Below, piece by piece: positions 48,765 to 58,783 of a stretch of 64,000 nucleotides of DNA. This stretch comes from a virus. The notes under the pieces were generated by a model that saw only the letters and a program-made list of their open reading frames with translations, was not told where the DNA came from and did not search any database. The position numbers and the translations under genes are program-made. Location of the stretch: the IMG/VR virus record IMGVR_UViG_3300041409_000623, positions 3,547-67,546 of that record; one strand, given 5' to 3'. Numbering within the stretch: position 1 is the stretch's first letter; the number at the start of each line of letters is the position of its first letter.

Positions 48765-49416
48765 CGTCTGCGTTCCGGTGCTCAAACGGTACGATCTTCT
48801 TCGCGACATGCTGGAGTCGCTGCGAGCGAGTACGGTGCAACCGGAGCGCGTGCTCATCATCGACAACGGACGAGATCTTAAACGAGTGACCAAGGCGATT
48901 CAGGCAGCGCCTGTAGAAGTGCTCGTCGAAATGCCATATGAGCCGATGGGACTCGCGGAGTCGTGGAACTGGTTCATCGAGCAGACGAGCGACGCGCGCT
49001 TGATCACGAACGACGACATCACGTTCGCTCCGAACTCGCTCGAAGCGTTCTTGAACACCGAGGGAGACCTCATCGAGCACGTCGGCATCAACATGTGCTC
49101 CTGCTTCCTGCTGCGCGACAGTTGCGTCGCGAAGGTCGGCGTCTTCGACGAGACCATATCGCCCGGCTACGCGTATTTCGAGGATTGCGACTACGCCGAA
49201 CGCATCGCGCTCGTCGGTGCCGTTCGAATGGCGATTGATTGCGGCGTGAAGCACGTCGGCAGCGCGACGCCGAGCATGTATTCACCCTCCGAGCACGCCG
49301 AGCACAATCGCAAGTTCCTCATCGCGCAGGAGAACTTCATCACCAAGTGGGGACGCATGCCTGGCGGACTGCAGGCGACGCTCGGGCACCCTATCGAGAT
49401 GGTGAGGCAGCGGTGA
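48751..49416 (+). CDS. glycosyltransferase, GT2
   Basis: VSVCVP, IIDNG, TNDD, VGVFDE...YFEDCDY, HVGS. Confidence 0.88.
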   Translation: MSGVSVCVPVLKRYDLLRDMLESLRASTVQPERVLIIDNGRDLKRVTKAIQAAPVEVLVEMPYEPMGLAESWNWFIEQTSDARLITNDDITFAPNSLEAFLNTEGDLIEHVGINMCSCFLLRDSCVAKVGVFDETISPGYAYFEDCDYAERIALVGAVRMAIDCGVKHVGSATPSMYSPSEHAEHNRKFLIAQENFITKWGRMPGGLQATLGHPIEMVRQR

Positions 49417-49967
49417 ACGTGAGCTACATCGTTCCGACGATCGGTCGACCGACGCTTCCGCGCACGATCGCGTCCATCGAGACGCGTCCCGGCGACGAGA
49501 TCTTGCTCGTCGGCGACCCATCGTTGCTCTTCCACGTTCGTCCGCTCCTCGACCAGCGGCCAGAGATGCATTTTTTGAGCTGCGCACCCGGCAACGACTG
49601 GGGCAGCACCGAGCGCAACTACGTGACGCCTTTCGCGAAGGGCGACTATCTGTCGTTCATGGACGACGACGACGCCTACGTGCCGGGCACGCGTGAGCTG
49701 TTCGAGTCGGTCATGAACGGATGCCCGTCGATCTTCCGCATGTCGTATCACTACATCGGCGGCTTGACGCTCTGGCGGGAGCCCGAGATTCGGTGCGGGA
49801 ACGTCGGCACGCCGATGGTCTTCGTGCCGAACGTGCCCGAGCGCATCGGCTTGTGGGGTCCGAACGTCGGCGGCGACTGCGATTACATGTTTAGGATGAA
49901 GTGGGAGCCGCACGAGATTGCGTGGCGACCCGAAGTCATCGCCTTGATTCGCCCGGAGGTTGCGTGA
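49413..49967 (+). CDS. glycosyltransferase, GT2
   Basis: SYIVPTIGR, ERN, GDYLSFMDDDD. Confidence 0.85.
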   Translation: MNVSYIVPTIGRPTLPRTIASIETRPGDEILLVGDPSLLFHVRPLLDQRPEMHFLSCAPGNDWGSTERNYVTPFAKGDYLSFMDDDDAYVPGTRELFESVMNGCPSIFRMSYHYIGGLTLWREPEIRCGNVGTPMVFVPNVPERIGLWGPNVGGDCDYMFRMKWEPHEIAWRPEVIALIRPEVA

Positions 49968-51226
49968 AGAAGCGCGTGCTGTTCGTCGGCGACGCGGTCG
50001 TGAGCACTGGGTTCGCGAAGGCGACGCACGCCTATTGCGCGGGTCTGCTGGCGGCAGGATGCGACGTGCACGTTCTCGGCATGCACCACACCGGCGACCC
50101 GAACGAATACGACAAGCTCTATCCGATCTATACGTGCTGGCCAGGCGGCGACCCGTTCGGCATCGGGCGCGTCGCGAACATCGTTAAGCAAGTGCAGCCG
50201 GACCTCATCGTCATTCAGCAGGATCCGTGGAACTTCCCGCAATACCTCGAACGGTTGGCCGATTATCCGGACATCCCAGTCGTCGGCGTCGTCGCGGTGG
50301 ACGGCAAGAACTGCCAAGGCGACAAGCTCGGGCCATCCGACGTGCATCCTGGTCTGTCGCACGCGATCTTCTGGACGCAGTTCGGCGCTGAAGAAGCGCG
50401 CGTTGGCGGCTGGAAGGGTTCGTCGTCGGTCGTTCCGCTCGGCGTCGATCTCGACGTCTATCATCCGATGGACCGCGTCGCGGTTCGCAGCAATGCGATA
50501 GGTCCGGTGCTGCGCGCCTACGGGTTCGACGACGACGCGTTCATCGTCGGCTGCATCGGGCGCAATCAGCCGCGCAAGCGATTGGACTTGACGATTCAGT
50601 ATTTCGCGGAGTGGGTGCAGTACAAGAACGTCAAGAACGCGGTGCTCTGGATGCAGTGCGCGCCGACCGGTGACCAGGCGTTCGACATCAAGATGCTCGC
50701 GAAGTACTTCGGCGTGCAAGGCCGCGTGCTCCTGCCGGACGTGAACCCCCGCTATGGCGTCGACGAAGGCACGATGGCCAAGGTCTACAACTTCATCGAC
50801 GTCTATCTCTCGACGACGGTCGGTGAAGGGTGGGGCCTTCCCGCGATGGAGGCGATGGCCTGCGGCACGCCGTGCGTCGTGCCGAAGTGGTCGGCCTACG
50901 CCGAATGGGCCGTCGATGCAGCGTGGCTCGCCGAGTGCATCTCTATCGCCGTCGCGCCGCAGATCAACACGGTCGGCGGCGTAGTCGGACCTGAGGTCAA
51001 GGAGGCGCTGAATCGCTTGTATCTTGAGAAGCATTCGTGGAAAGCGCTGTCCGACGCAGGCGTCAAGCTCGCGTCAAAGCCGGAGCATCGGTGGGAGCAC
51101 GTCGGCACCGAGTTCGCGAAGATCGTCGCTGCGGTTCTCGGCGTCGACATGCTCGACGTGACGACGCACGCGGACGCCCTTCCACGATTCATTATGAGCG
51201 ATCGAGAGGCGACGCGTGCCGTTTAA
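49964..51226 (+). CDS. glycosyltransferase, GT-B (GT4-like)
   Basis: TGFA, PLGVD, RNQPRK, EGWGLPAMEAMACGTP. Confidence 0.9.
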   Translation: MKKRVLFVGDAVVSTGFAKATHAYCAGLLAAGCDVHVLGMHHTGDPNEYDKLYPIYTCWPGGDPFGIGRVANIVKQVQPDLIVIQQDPWNFPQYLERLADYPDIPVVGVVAVDGKNCQGDKLGPSDVHPGLSHAIFWTQFGAEEARVGGWKGSSSVVPLGVDLDVYHPMDRVAVRSNAIGPVLRAYGFDDDAFIVGCIGRNQPRKRLDLTIQYFAEWVQYKNVKNAVLWMQCAPTGDQAFDIKMLAKYFGVQGRVLLPDVNPRYGVDEGTMAKVYNFIDVYLSTTVGEGWGLPAMEAMACGTPCVVPKWSAYAEWAVDAAWLAECISIAVAPQINTVGGVVGPEVKEALNRLYLEKHSWKALSDAGVKLASKPEHRWEHVGTEFAKIVAAVLGVDMLDVTTHADALPRFIMSDREATRAV

Positions 51227-51593
51227 GATGACAGGCGTTGCGGAGATGACCGGGAAACTGCGCGCCATCGCCGCGAAGTTTCCCGACGACGTCTCGAAGG
51301 CGCTCTATCAAGAGGCGCAGATCGAGATGACTGAGTCGAAGCGCCGCGTGCCGGTCGACACGGGCACGCTTCGCGCGAGCGGCTTCGTCATGGAGCCGCA
51401 GCGCAGCGGCAGGAACATCTCGGTGACGATGGCCTACGGCGGCGCTGCGGAGCAGTACGCGGTGATCGTGCACGAGGATCTCGAAGCGCACCACCCGAAC
51501 GGGCAGGCGAAGTATCTCGAATCGGTGATCAAAGAGAGCGCGCCGCACATGAGGGATCGCATCGCGGCACGCATCAAGTTGAAGGACAAATGA
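51216..51593 (+). CDS. HK97 gp10-like tail/neck protein
   Basis: VPVDTGTLRASG, YAVIVHE, GQAKYLE. Confidence 0.85.
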   Translation: MPFKMTGVAEMTGKLRAIAAKFPDDVSKALYQEAQIEMTESKRRVPVDTGTLRASGFVMEPQRSGRNISVTMAYGGAAEQYAVIVHEDLEAHHPNGQAKYLESVIKESAPHMRDRIAARIKLKDK

Positions 51594-51988
51594 GCTTCGC
51601 CGTCGAAGTCATGAACAAGCTCATCGCCGACGGACTCGTGACGTCGACGAACTTCTTCGTCGGTCCGTCTGTCGTCATTCCTGCAGGTCCGGGTCCGTTC
51701 ACGCTGTTGACGACGACCGGCGGCAGCGGCGACGAGCTGACGCATAACGACCTCGATGGATACGCGAGGCCGAGCGCGCAGATCATCGTCACGGCCAGCA
51801 CGCGAGCGGTCGCCGAGGCGAAGGCCGAAGCGATTCGCGATTCGCTGAAGCGCGTGCGCAACACGACGCTCGGCACCTGTTGGTACCTGAAGATCATCGC
51901 CGACCAGCAGGTGTTCGACTTCCCGCTCGATGGGTCGAGCCGTCCGAGATCTGGGTTCAACATCTCGGCGTTTAAGAGGCCGTCATGA
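51590..51988 (+). CDS. putative tail terminator
   Basis: synteny; RPSAQIIV...RPRSGFN. Confidence 0.65.
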   Translation: MSFAVEVMNKLIADGLVTSTNFFVGPSVVIPAGPGPFTLLTTTGGSGDELTHNDLDGYARPSAQIIVTASTRAVAEAKAEAIRDSLKRVRNTTLGTCWYLKIIADQQVFDFPLDGSSRPRSGFNISAFKRPS

Positions 51989-52053
51989 GATTCGAGTATG
52001 TCGGCGAAGGGTTGCCGACGCCGATTAACTCGCAGCAAAAAGGAGAGTGAGCC

Positions 52054-52497
52054 ATGTCAGTGAACGCGCTTTCTTCGCATCACACTGTTGTTGCGGTGCA
52101 GCTCATACCTGGAGGCGTGTGGACTGACATCGCTGAGCAGGGCGACATCACCATTCCAGGACGTTCGCGCACGGAGAGCGACTCCTCGACGCAGCTGGAG
52201 AATATCGACAGCTACGTCGTGTCCGGCCTGATGCGGCGCAGTCCGCTCAAGGTCGCGCTGAACTTCATCCCATCGAACGCGACGCAGGACCACCTGACCG
52301 GCCTGCAGAAGCTGTTCAACGCGAACACGATGACCGGGTGGAAGTCGACCTACCCGGACGGCACCTACATCATTTCGAGCGGGCAGATCCAGGCCATCGG
52401 AGACATCTCAGCGCCCGTCGACGGCAAGTTGTCGGTGGACTACACGATCCGCTTCAGCGGCGTGTATAACTACAACGGCACGACCCTCGGCGCGTAG
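52054..52497 (+). CDS. tail tube protein
   Basis: synteny, strong RBS; LNFIP, DGKLSVDYTIRFSG. Confidence 0.75.
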   Translation: MSVNALSSHHTVVAVQLIPGGVWTDIAEQGDITIPGRSRTESDSSTQLENIDSYVVSGLMRRSPLKVALNFIPSNATQDHLTGLQKLFNANTMTGWKSTYPDGTYIISSGQIQAIGDISAPVDGKLSVDYTIRFSGVYNYNGTTLGA

Positions 52498-52502
52498 AAC
52501 TG

Positions 52503-52584
52503 CCCCACGCAGCGTTGCACCTGACTTTGCCGGTTTCCCAGGTGCAACGTACGATGAAACCGGCGAAATTCAGCTTGCGTGGGG
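52503..52584 (+). promoter_or_regulatory. candidate structured RNA (pseudoknot) in the tube-chaperone intergenic region
   Basis: three complementary pairings of 9, 11 and 12 bp; outer stem covers part of the RBS. Confidence 0.6.
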
Positions 52585-52594
52585 AGAGTGAGTC

Positions 52595-53325
52595 ATGGAC
52601 GAACAGAGCAACGGCACAAAGAAATTCCTGTCGATCGATGAAGTCAACACGGCCAAAGACGAGGAGTACTTCGAGATCGAAGTGTGGGGCGGCATCTTCC
52701 TCGCTGGCAGTCTGACGGCCGACGACTTCATCGAGTGGCAGGAAGCGAACGAAGGACCAGCCAAGCGCACCGCCGGGTTGCGATTGATCGTCGACAGCAT
52801 GTGCGGATCGTTGTCCGGTTGCCCTGCATGCAGCGGAACCGACGGAGCGTTGCACAAGGGTCTGCACCCGCGCACCGGCAACGACAAGCACCTCGAGATC
52901 TACAAGAAGAAATCGGTGGCGCAGACCGAGAAGGTCGTCGGCGCGATCGTCAAGCTGAACGGCCTGAAGACGAAAGGCTCCGAGACAAAAAACGATTAGC
53001 GCGCAACTCGCATCTACGGTTCGCGTATCGACTTGCGCGCGAAGTCGGACACACGGTGAACGTGCGCCAGATGCTGCGAGGCATGACGGCGCGCGACCTG
53101 CTTTGGTGGGAGGCGTACTATGCGCTCGAACCTTCGCTCGACCAGCGCATCGACCTGCTCGTCGCGTCGGTGCGAGAGATGATTCACAACGTGGCGGTGC
53201 CGCAGAAGCATCGCAAGAGCGTCGAGCATTTCCTGCTGAAGTTCGAGTCGAAGCAGGCGAGCGTGCCGGTGACGTCGTGGCAGCACCAGAAGGCGATGAT
53301 GCTTCTCGGGCTGAATCAAGGTTGA
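52595..53325 (+). CDS. tail assembly chaperone pair (52595-52999) with -1 frameshift extension to 53325
   Basis: A AAA AAC at 52987-52993 just before TAG; -1 frame open RLARNSHLRFAYRLA...; directly upstream of TMP. Confidence 0.85.
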
Positions 53326-53329
53326 CAAG

Positions 53330-56300
53330 ATGGACATAGGCGGTCTCACCGGACAAATCTCCATCGACGATCAACTGTCGTCTGGCCTGAACATCGCGAC
53401 GCAGCAGGTCCAGAAGTTTGCCGACAGTTTCGAGGGGGCGCTCGGCGGCGTGGCGATCGGCATCGGCGCTGGCGTCGCTGCCATCGGCGCGATGGTCGGC
53501 GCGATTTCCGCGCTCGGCAACCGTGGAGCAGACGTCAACGACGTGGCGGACTCTCTCGAACACTTCGCTGGAAGCGCCGAGAACGCTGATGCGATACTTC
53601 ACAGTTTGCAAAAAGGCACGCTCGGCACCGTCGATGACTTCATGTTGATGAAGAACGCGACACACTTGCTTTCGGCAGGCGTCAACCTCAACGCGAAAGA
53701 CTTCGAGACGCTCGGGTCGGCGGCGTTCGTGCTGCAGAATCGCGGACTCGGCGGCACGAAGGAGATGATGGACCTCGTCTCCGACGCGATGGTGACGGGC
53801 CGGACGCGAGCGCTCTCGATGGCGCTCGGCGTCATCGACGTCAAGGACGCCGAGGGAGACTACGCGCACTCGCTCGGCATCTCGAAGGACGAATTGTCCG
53901 AGACTGGCAAGGTTGAAGCGAAGCGAATGGCGATCATGGGCATGCTGAACGCAGCGGTGAAAGACGCAGGCGCTCAGCATCGCGACTTCGGCGAGCAGTT
54001 GGAATACGTCGTCGCGCAGGGCAAGAACTTCCTCGACAGCCTGTCGCAGCAGGTCGCGAAGTCGCCGGTGCTGGCGGCGGCCCTGGAAGGCATCGGCGAG
54101 GCGTTCCAGGTTGCGTTCGGCGGCACGAGCAAGAGTAACATCGACGCGATCGTCGTCGGGATCAACAAAGCGGCGATCATCATCGTCGATTTCGGCATCG
54201 GCACGGTCGAAGCAGCGCGCGTCGTCAACGTGGCGTTCAGCCTGGTGAAGTCCGTCGTGCTTGGCGTCGAGACTGGCCTGATCGTCATGGCGGCTGCCGC
54301 GACCTCTGCGTATGCAGCCATCGCGAAGGGCGCCACGTACCTTCCAGGCGCGTCGGACGGCACGCGACGCATGGCCATCGAAGCGAAGAACGCGGCCGAC
54401 AACATGTGGGCGCTGTCGAAGGGTATGGACGCGCAGGTGCAGGAGGCTGCGAGGGGCATCGTCGGCAACTCGGCCTTCGACAAGACGCTCGACGCGGTCG
54501 GCGGTACGCTGCTCAACGTGCGCGACAAGATGATCGTTGCCTCGAAGGCGACGACCGAAAGTTCCAAGACCGTCGACGAGCACGGCAAGGCGCACGTTCG
54601 CGTGCAAGGCAACATGGTTGACACGTCGAAAGCGGCCGACGAAGCGGCGAAGAAAAGCGCTGCCGCGTGGAAGGAGTACAGCTCCGTCGCCGGAAGCATC
54701 TACGACCAGCTATCGTCTGACACGGTCGAGGGCATCAAGTGGGACTTGAAGCGCGGCATCTCGCAGTCGACGCTCGCGACGGTCTACCGAGCGACCGCCG
54801 AGCAGGTCGCGGCTATCGACACCTTGCTGAAGGAGGAAATCGCGACGTCGAAGCTGGCGGCAGAGTCAGCGAACAAGCTCGCCGAGGCCGAGGCGAAGCA
54901 CGGTCAGGAGCTTCGCAAGTTGGCGAACGATCGCGGCGTTGCGCTGATGAAGATCGAAGCGACGAACTATGCGGACCGCCTTGCGTCTCAACGCGGATAC
55001 GACGACGAGATCGCACGACGCACGCTGTCGTCTTACGATTTCCAGAAGCGCGCGGTGATGCAGCACCTCGCTGATCAGAAGCTCGCGCTTGAAACCAAGG
55101 GCGGCGATTGGAAGGCGTCGTTCGACCTCGACACGCGGGCAGCCAATTCGGCCATCGACGCGATCGAGTGGGACAAAATTCAGCGGGACATCGACGAGAC
55201 GGACCAGTACACGCAGGAGTGGGCGAAGCGCTCCGAGCAGGCGCTTGCGGACCTCGCGAACGCGTTCGCGCAACTCGGTCAGATCGCAGGCGGATCGCTC
55301 GGCGACATGATGAAGGGTGCCGGGAACATCGTCGTCGGTCTGAGCGCCGCGCAGAAGGCGAACGAGAAGTGGGGCGGGTCGGCTGGCATCGCCAGCGCGT
55401 TGTTCTCCTCGCAAGCTTCTGCTACCGACAAAGCGGCTGCAGGCGTCGCGAGCGCGGCAGCCATCGTCAACGGCGCGCAGAACGTGTGGTCCGCGACCGA
55501 GTCGCATGCGAGTGCGGCAGGCAACGCGCTCAGCGGTGCGATGGCAGGCGCGCAGGCTGGCGCGATGTTCGGTCCCTGGGGCATGGCCATCGGCGCAGCG
55601 GCAGGTCTCATCGTCGGCATCGTGCGCGGTAAGCCGCAGTGGGCGAAGGCGTCGGAGGAGGTTGGACGCGACTTCGGCGTGAAGATTTCCGGCGAGCTGG
55701 CGAAGGAGATCGCGAAGAACGCGAAAGAACTATTCCACGGCGACCGCATGGCTGCCGAGTACGACGCGCTGGCGAAGATCGTCCAGCAGGCAGGCGGCCT
55801 GACCGACAAGAACCTCTCGCAGCTCGAAGGCAGGCTGCGCGACGTGTTCGTCCTCAACGGTCGTGGACAGCTCGACATCGCGCAGACCGCGAAGATCCTC
55901 GACGAGAACTGGCAGACGTTCACGAAGGCAGCGACCAGCAACGTCGGCGTGCTCGATGCGAAGATGGTCGAGATGATCGCATTGAACGACCAGTTCGGCA
56001 CGCAGTCGAAGGCCATCGCCGAATACCTCGGGCAGCAGGGCGCCGCAGGTGCGACGGCGTTCGCCGACGCGCTCGGCGTGACGTCATCGGCCTACAAGAC
56101 GCTCGATACTGACCAGACGCAGCTCAAGACTCTAACAGAGCAGCTCACGACGGCGACCGGCGACCAACAGAAGTCGCTGCAGGCGCAGATCGCGACCGTC
56201 ACGGCAGACATCGCGACGCAGCGCGGCATCATCGATGCGACCGGCGTCGCGAGTCAGGGCGCTGCCACGGCGATGGCAGCTGGTATCGTCGGTAGCTTCG

Positions 56301-57256
56301 ACGGCATGATCGCGGGAGGCGCGTCGTTCAACGATGCGATCAAGGCGATCGCTCCGGCCGTCACGAACCTCGATTCGATCTTGCAGCAGACCGGCTTCGA
56401 AGGTGGCGCTGCGTTCGACCTCATCAAAGGTCAGATCGCGCTCGCGAAGGACGCGATCGCCGGACCTGCTCTCACATCCGTGAACTCCCTGTCGCTCGGC
56501 ATGGTGGCGCTGAGCAACATGGGCAAGTTGAACCAGGAGACGTTCACCGGACTCGGCGGACAGATTTCGCAGACCTTCAACAGTCTCGTCAAGCAAGGCA
56601 AGGACGGCGGCGACGTGATGGTCGCGATGCAGCCGTCCCTGCAGCGTCTGTGGGAGGAGCAGAAGCAGTTCCACTACACGCTCGACGACTCGACGCAGGC
56701 GTTGCTCGACGAAGCCGAGGCGTCGGGACTCGTCGGCGAGAAGCACAAGTCCACTACGCAGCAGATGCTCGACGCGACGCTGCGCATCACGACGGCCGTC
56801 GAGGGACTGGCCGTCGTCTTCGGCGTCAAGCTGCCTGCGTCGGCCGAATCGGCGGCGGCGGGCGTCAACACGGCGTTGGATAAAATCAAGACGCCGAAGG
56901 TCGACGCGCCGTGGAAGGACTGGGGCGATGCGCCGAAGATCGAAGGCGCGGCGACCGGCGGCGTGGTCGGTATGGCGACCGGCGGCGTGGTCTACGCGTC
57001 TGCTGGCACGCTCGTGCAGGGACCGTGGCAGCCGATGGGAACCGACACGGTGCCCGCGATGCTGACGCCGGGCGAAGGCGTCGTGACGGTCTTCGGCATG
57101 AGCCGCCTTGGTCCCGAGGGACTGAACGCGATCAACAGCGGGCAGTCGCAGACGAACGATGACGTGCGTCAGGAGATCCGGGCGCTCCGCGACGACTTTA
57201 CCATGCGGCTGCCGAACCTCTTGACGGCCGCGATGAAGAACGCGAGGGCGGCGTGA
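53330..57256 (+). CDS. tape measure protein
   Basis: 1308 aa, Ala/Gly-rich helical; C-terminal ATGG...GTDTVPAMLTPGEGV. Confidence 0.92.
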   Translation: MDIGGLTGQISIDDQLSSGLNIATQQVQKFADSFEGALGGVAIGIGAGVAAIGAMVGAISALGNRGADVNDVADSLEHFAGSAENADAILHSLQKGTLGTVDDFMLMKNATHLLSAGVNLNAKDFETLGSAAFVLQNRGLGGTKEMMDLVSDAMVTGRTRALSMALGVIDVKDAEGDYAHSLGISKDELSETGKVEAKRMAIMGMLNAAVKDAGAQHRDFGEQLEYVVAQGKNFLDSLSQQVAKSPVLAAALEGIGEAFQVAFGGTSKSNIDAIVVGINKAAIIIVDFGIGTVEAARVVNVAFSLVKSVVLGVETGLIVMAAAATSAYAAIAKGATYLPGASDGTRRMAIEAKNAADNMWALSKGMDAQVQEAARGIVGNSAFDKTLDAVGGTLLNVRDKMIVASKATTESSKTVDEHGKAHVRVQGNMVDTSKAADEAAKKSAAAWKEYSSVAGSIYDQLSSDTVEGIKWDLKRGISQSTLATVYRATAEQVAAIDTLLKEEIATSKLAAESANKLAEAEAKHGQELRKLANDRGVALMKIEATNYADRLASQRGYDDEIARRTLSSYDFQKRAVMQHLADQKLALETKGGDWKASFDLDTRAANSAIDAIEWDKIQRDIDETDQYTQEWAKRSEQALADLANAFAQLGQIAGGSLGDMMKGAGNIVVGLSAAQKANEKWGGSAGIASALFSSQASATDKAAAGVASAAAIVNGAQNVWSATESHASAAGNALSGAMAGAQAGAMFGPWGMAIGAAAGLIVGIVRGKPQWAKASEEVGRDFGVKISGELAKEIAKNAKELFHGDRMAAEYDALAKIVQQAGGLTDKNLSQLEGRLRDVFVLNGRGQLDIAQTAKILDENWQTFTKAATSNVGVLDAKMVEMIALNDQFGTQSKAIAEYLGQQGAAGATAFADALGVTSSAYKTLDTDQTQLKTLTEQLTTATGDQQKSLQAQIATVTADIATQRGIIDATGVASQGAATAMAAGIVGSFDGMIAGGASFNDAIKAIAPAVTNLDSILQQTGFEGGAAFDLIKGQIALAKDAIAGPALTSVNSLSLGMVALSNMGKLNQETFTGLGGQISQTFNSLVKQGKDGGDVMVAMQPSLQRLWEEQKQFHYTLDDSTQALLDEAEASGLVGEKHKSTTQQMLDATLRITTAVEGLAVVFGVKLPASAESAAAGVNTALDKIKTPKVDAPWKDWGDAPKIEGAATGGVVGMATGGVVYASAGTLVQGPWQPMGTDTVPAMLTPGEGVVTVFGMSRLGPEGLNAINSGQSQTNDDVRQEIRALRDDFTMRLPNLLTAAMKNARAA

Positions 57257-58776
57257 CCGTCTACCGCGTCTGGCTCGAACTGAGCGCCGGAGCGTTCACC
57301 GACGTCACGGCCGACGTCGTCACGAGCGGCAGCCGCGCGATCAGCGGCAAGCGCGGCAGCGGGCAGAGCAGTCCGACCGACTTGACGGCCGAGATCGGCA
57401 CGCTGGAGTTCTGGCTGCGCAACGACGCGCGGCCCGGCAAGCCGCAGGGATACTACTCGCCGTACCACGCGGCCTGTCGCGCAGGGTTCAAGCGCGGCAT
57501 CGGCGTCAAGCTGATCGCCGTCAAGGCGGATGCGACGACGTGGCCGATGTGGCGCGGAACGATTCGCAAGATTTCTCCGACGTCTGGCAAGAACGGCGAG
57601 CAGCAGACCTACTGCTACGCGACGGACGTGATGGAAAACCTCACCGACACGAACGTGAAGTCGATGATGCAGCAGATCGGTAAGACGGAAGTCGAACTGA
57701 CCCAGGCGATCATCGCGGCCGTCCCCGCGAGCGCGCGCCCGGTCGCGACGTCCTATGACACTGCGCTCGACGTCTACGACTATGCGTTCTACGACATGGG
57801 CGGCGACACGCCGAGCGCGCGCTTCCTGCTCGACAGCGTGATGCAGAACGCTCGTGGGAGACTCTACGTTGCTGGTGATGGGACGCTGACCTACGTCAAC
57901 CGCCACACGCTGTCCGGGCGTGCCAGCGTCGCTACGTTCAACGACGCGTTCCAGGGCATCGTCGTCGACGACGGGCTGGAGAACACCTTCAACCGCATTC
58001 AGATCACGCAGCACCCAAAGCGCCCGACGGCGGCAGGTCTCGCAGCGGCGCCGAACACGGTGCTTTTCGCCGACACGTCGGCCGTCGCGATCCAGCCGGG
58101 CCAGTCGGTCGTCCTGTGGGCAGACTATCGCGACCCGAACAACACCGAGAAGCTGCTCGGCGCCGCCTCGGTCGTGACGCCTCTCGTCGCGACGACCGAT
58201 TACGTGGCGAACGCTGCCTCGGACGGGTCCGGCGCAGACATGACGGCGAACGTCAGCGCAGCAGGCACCGTCGGGTTCAGTTCGTCGGTCATGTTCACGT
58301 TCACGAACAGTGCGTCGAGCGTCGCGTATCTGACTCTGCGTCAGATACGCGGCAAGGCGATCTACGACGACGCGCCCATCACGGTGCAGTCGTATACGGC
58401 GAAGGACTACGGCGATCGGCTGCTGTCGCTCGACCTGAAGTATCTGACGAACGCGGCGACCGCGCAGGACCTCGCCGACTTCATCAACGCGTCGTTCAAC
58501 GACCCGTCGAACCAGGCGCGCGAGATCTTCATCGTGCCGTCGTACTCGGACTTCCTATTGACGCAGTCGTTGACGCGCGACGTCGGCGACATCGTGACGG
58601 CATCCGAGACGCAGACCGGACTGACGGACGCGACGTTGATGATCGTGGGACTGCGCTTCGAGATCACGTCCGACATCGTGCGCCATTGGTGGTCGGTCAT
58701 ACCATCGCTCGTGCAGGCGGCGTGGATCTTCGATCAATCGAAGTTCGACGTCGACCTGATCTTCGGATACGCGTGA
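57253..58776 (+). CDS. minor tail / hub protein
   Basis: follows TMP; TDVTADV...GTLEFWLRND. Confidence 0.7.
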   Translation: MTVYRVWLELSAGAFTDVTADVVTSGSRAISGKRGSGQSSPTDLTAEIGTLEFWLRNDARPGKPQGYYSPYHAACRAGFKRGIGVKLIAVKADATTWPMWRGTIRKISPTSGKNGEQQTYCYATDVMENLTDTNVKSMMQQIGKTEVELTQAIIAAVPASARPVATSYDTALDVYDYAFYDMGGDTPSARFLLDSVMQNARGRLYVAGDGTLTYVNRHTLSGRASVATFNDAFQGIVVDDGLENTFNRIQITQHPKRPTAAGLAAAPNTVLFADTSAVAIQPGQSVVLWADYRDPNNTEKLLGAASVVTPLVATTDYVANAASDGSGADMTANVSAAGTVGFSSSVMFTFTNSASSVAYLTLRQIRGKAIYDDAPITVQSYTAKDYGDRLLSLDLKYLTNAATAQDLADFINASFNDPSNQAREIFIVPSYSDFLLTQSLTRDVGDIVTASETQTGLTDATLMIVGLRFEITSDIVRHWWSVIPSLVQAAWIFDQSKFDVDLIFGYA

Positions 58777-58783
58777 GGTAACG

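Noticed and set aside
52495-52524. Pseudoknot-stimulated readthrough of the tail tube TAG
   Set aside because: The readthrough frame hits TGA after 8 codons, so no meaningful extension results.
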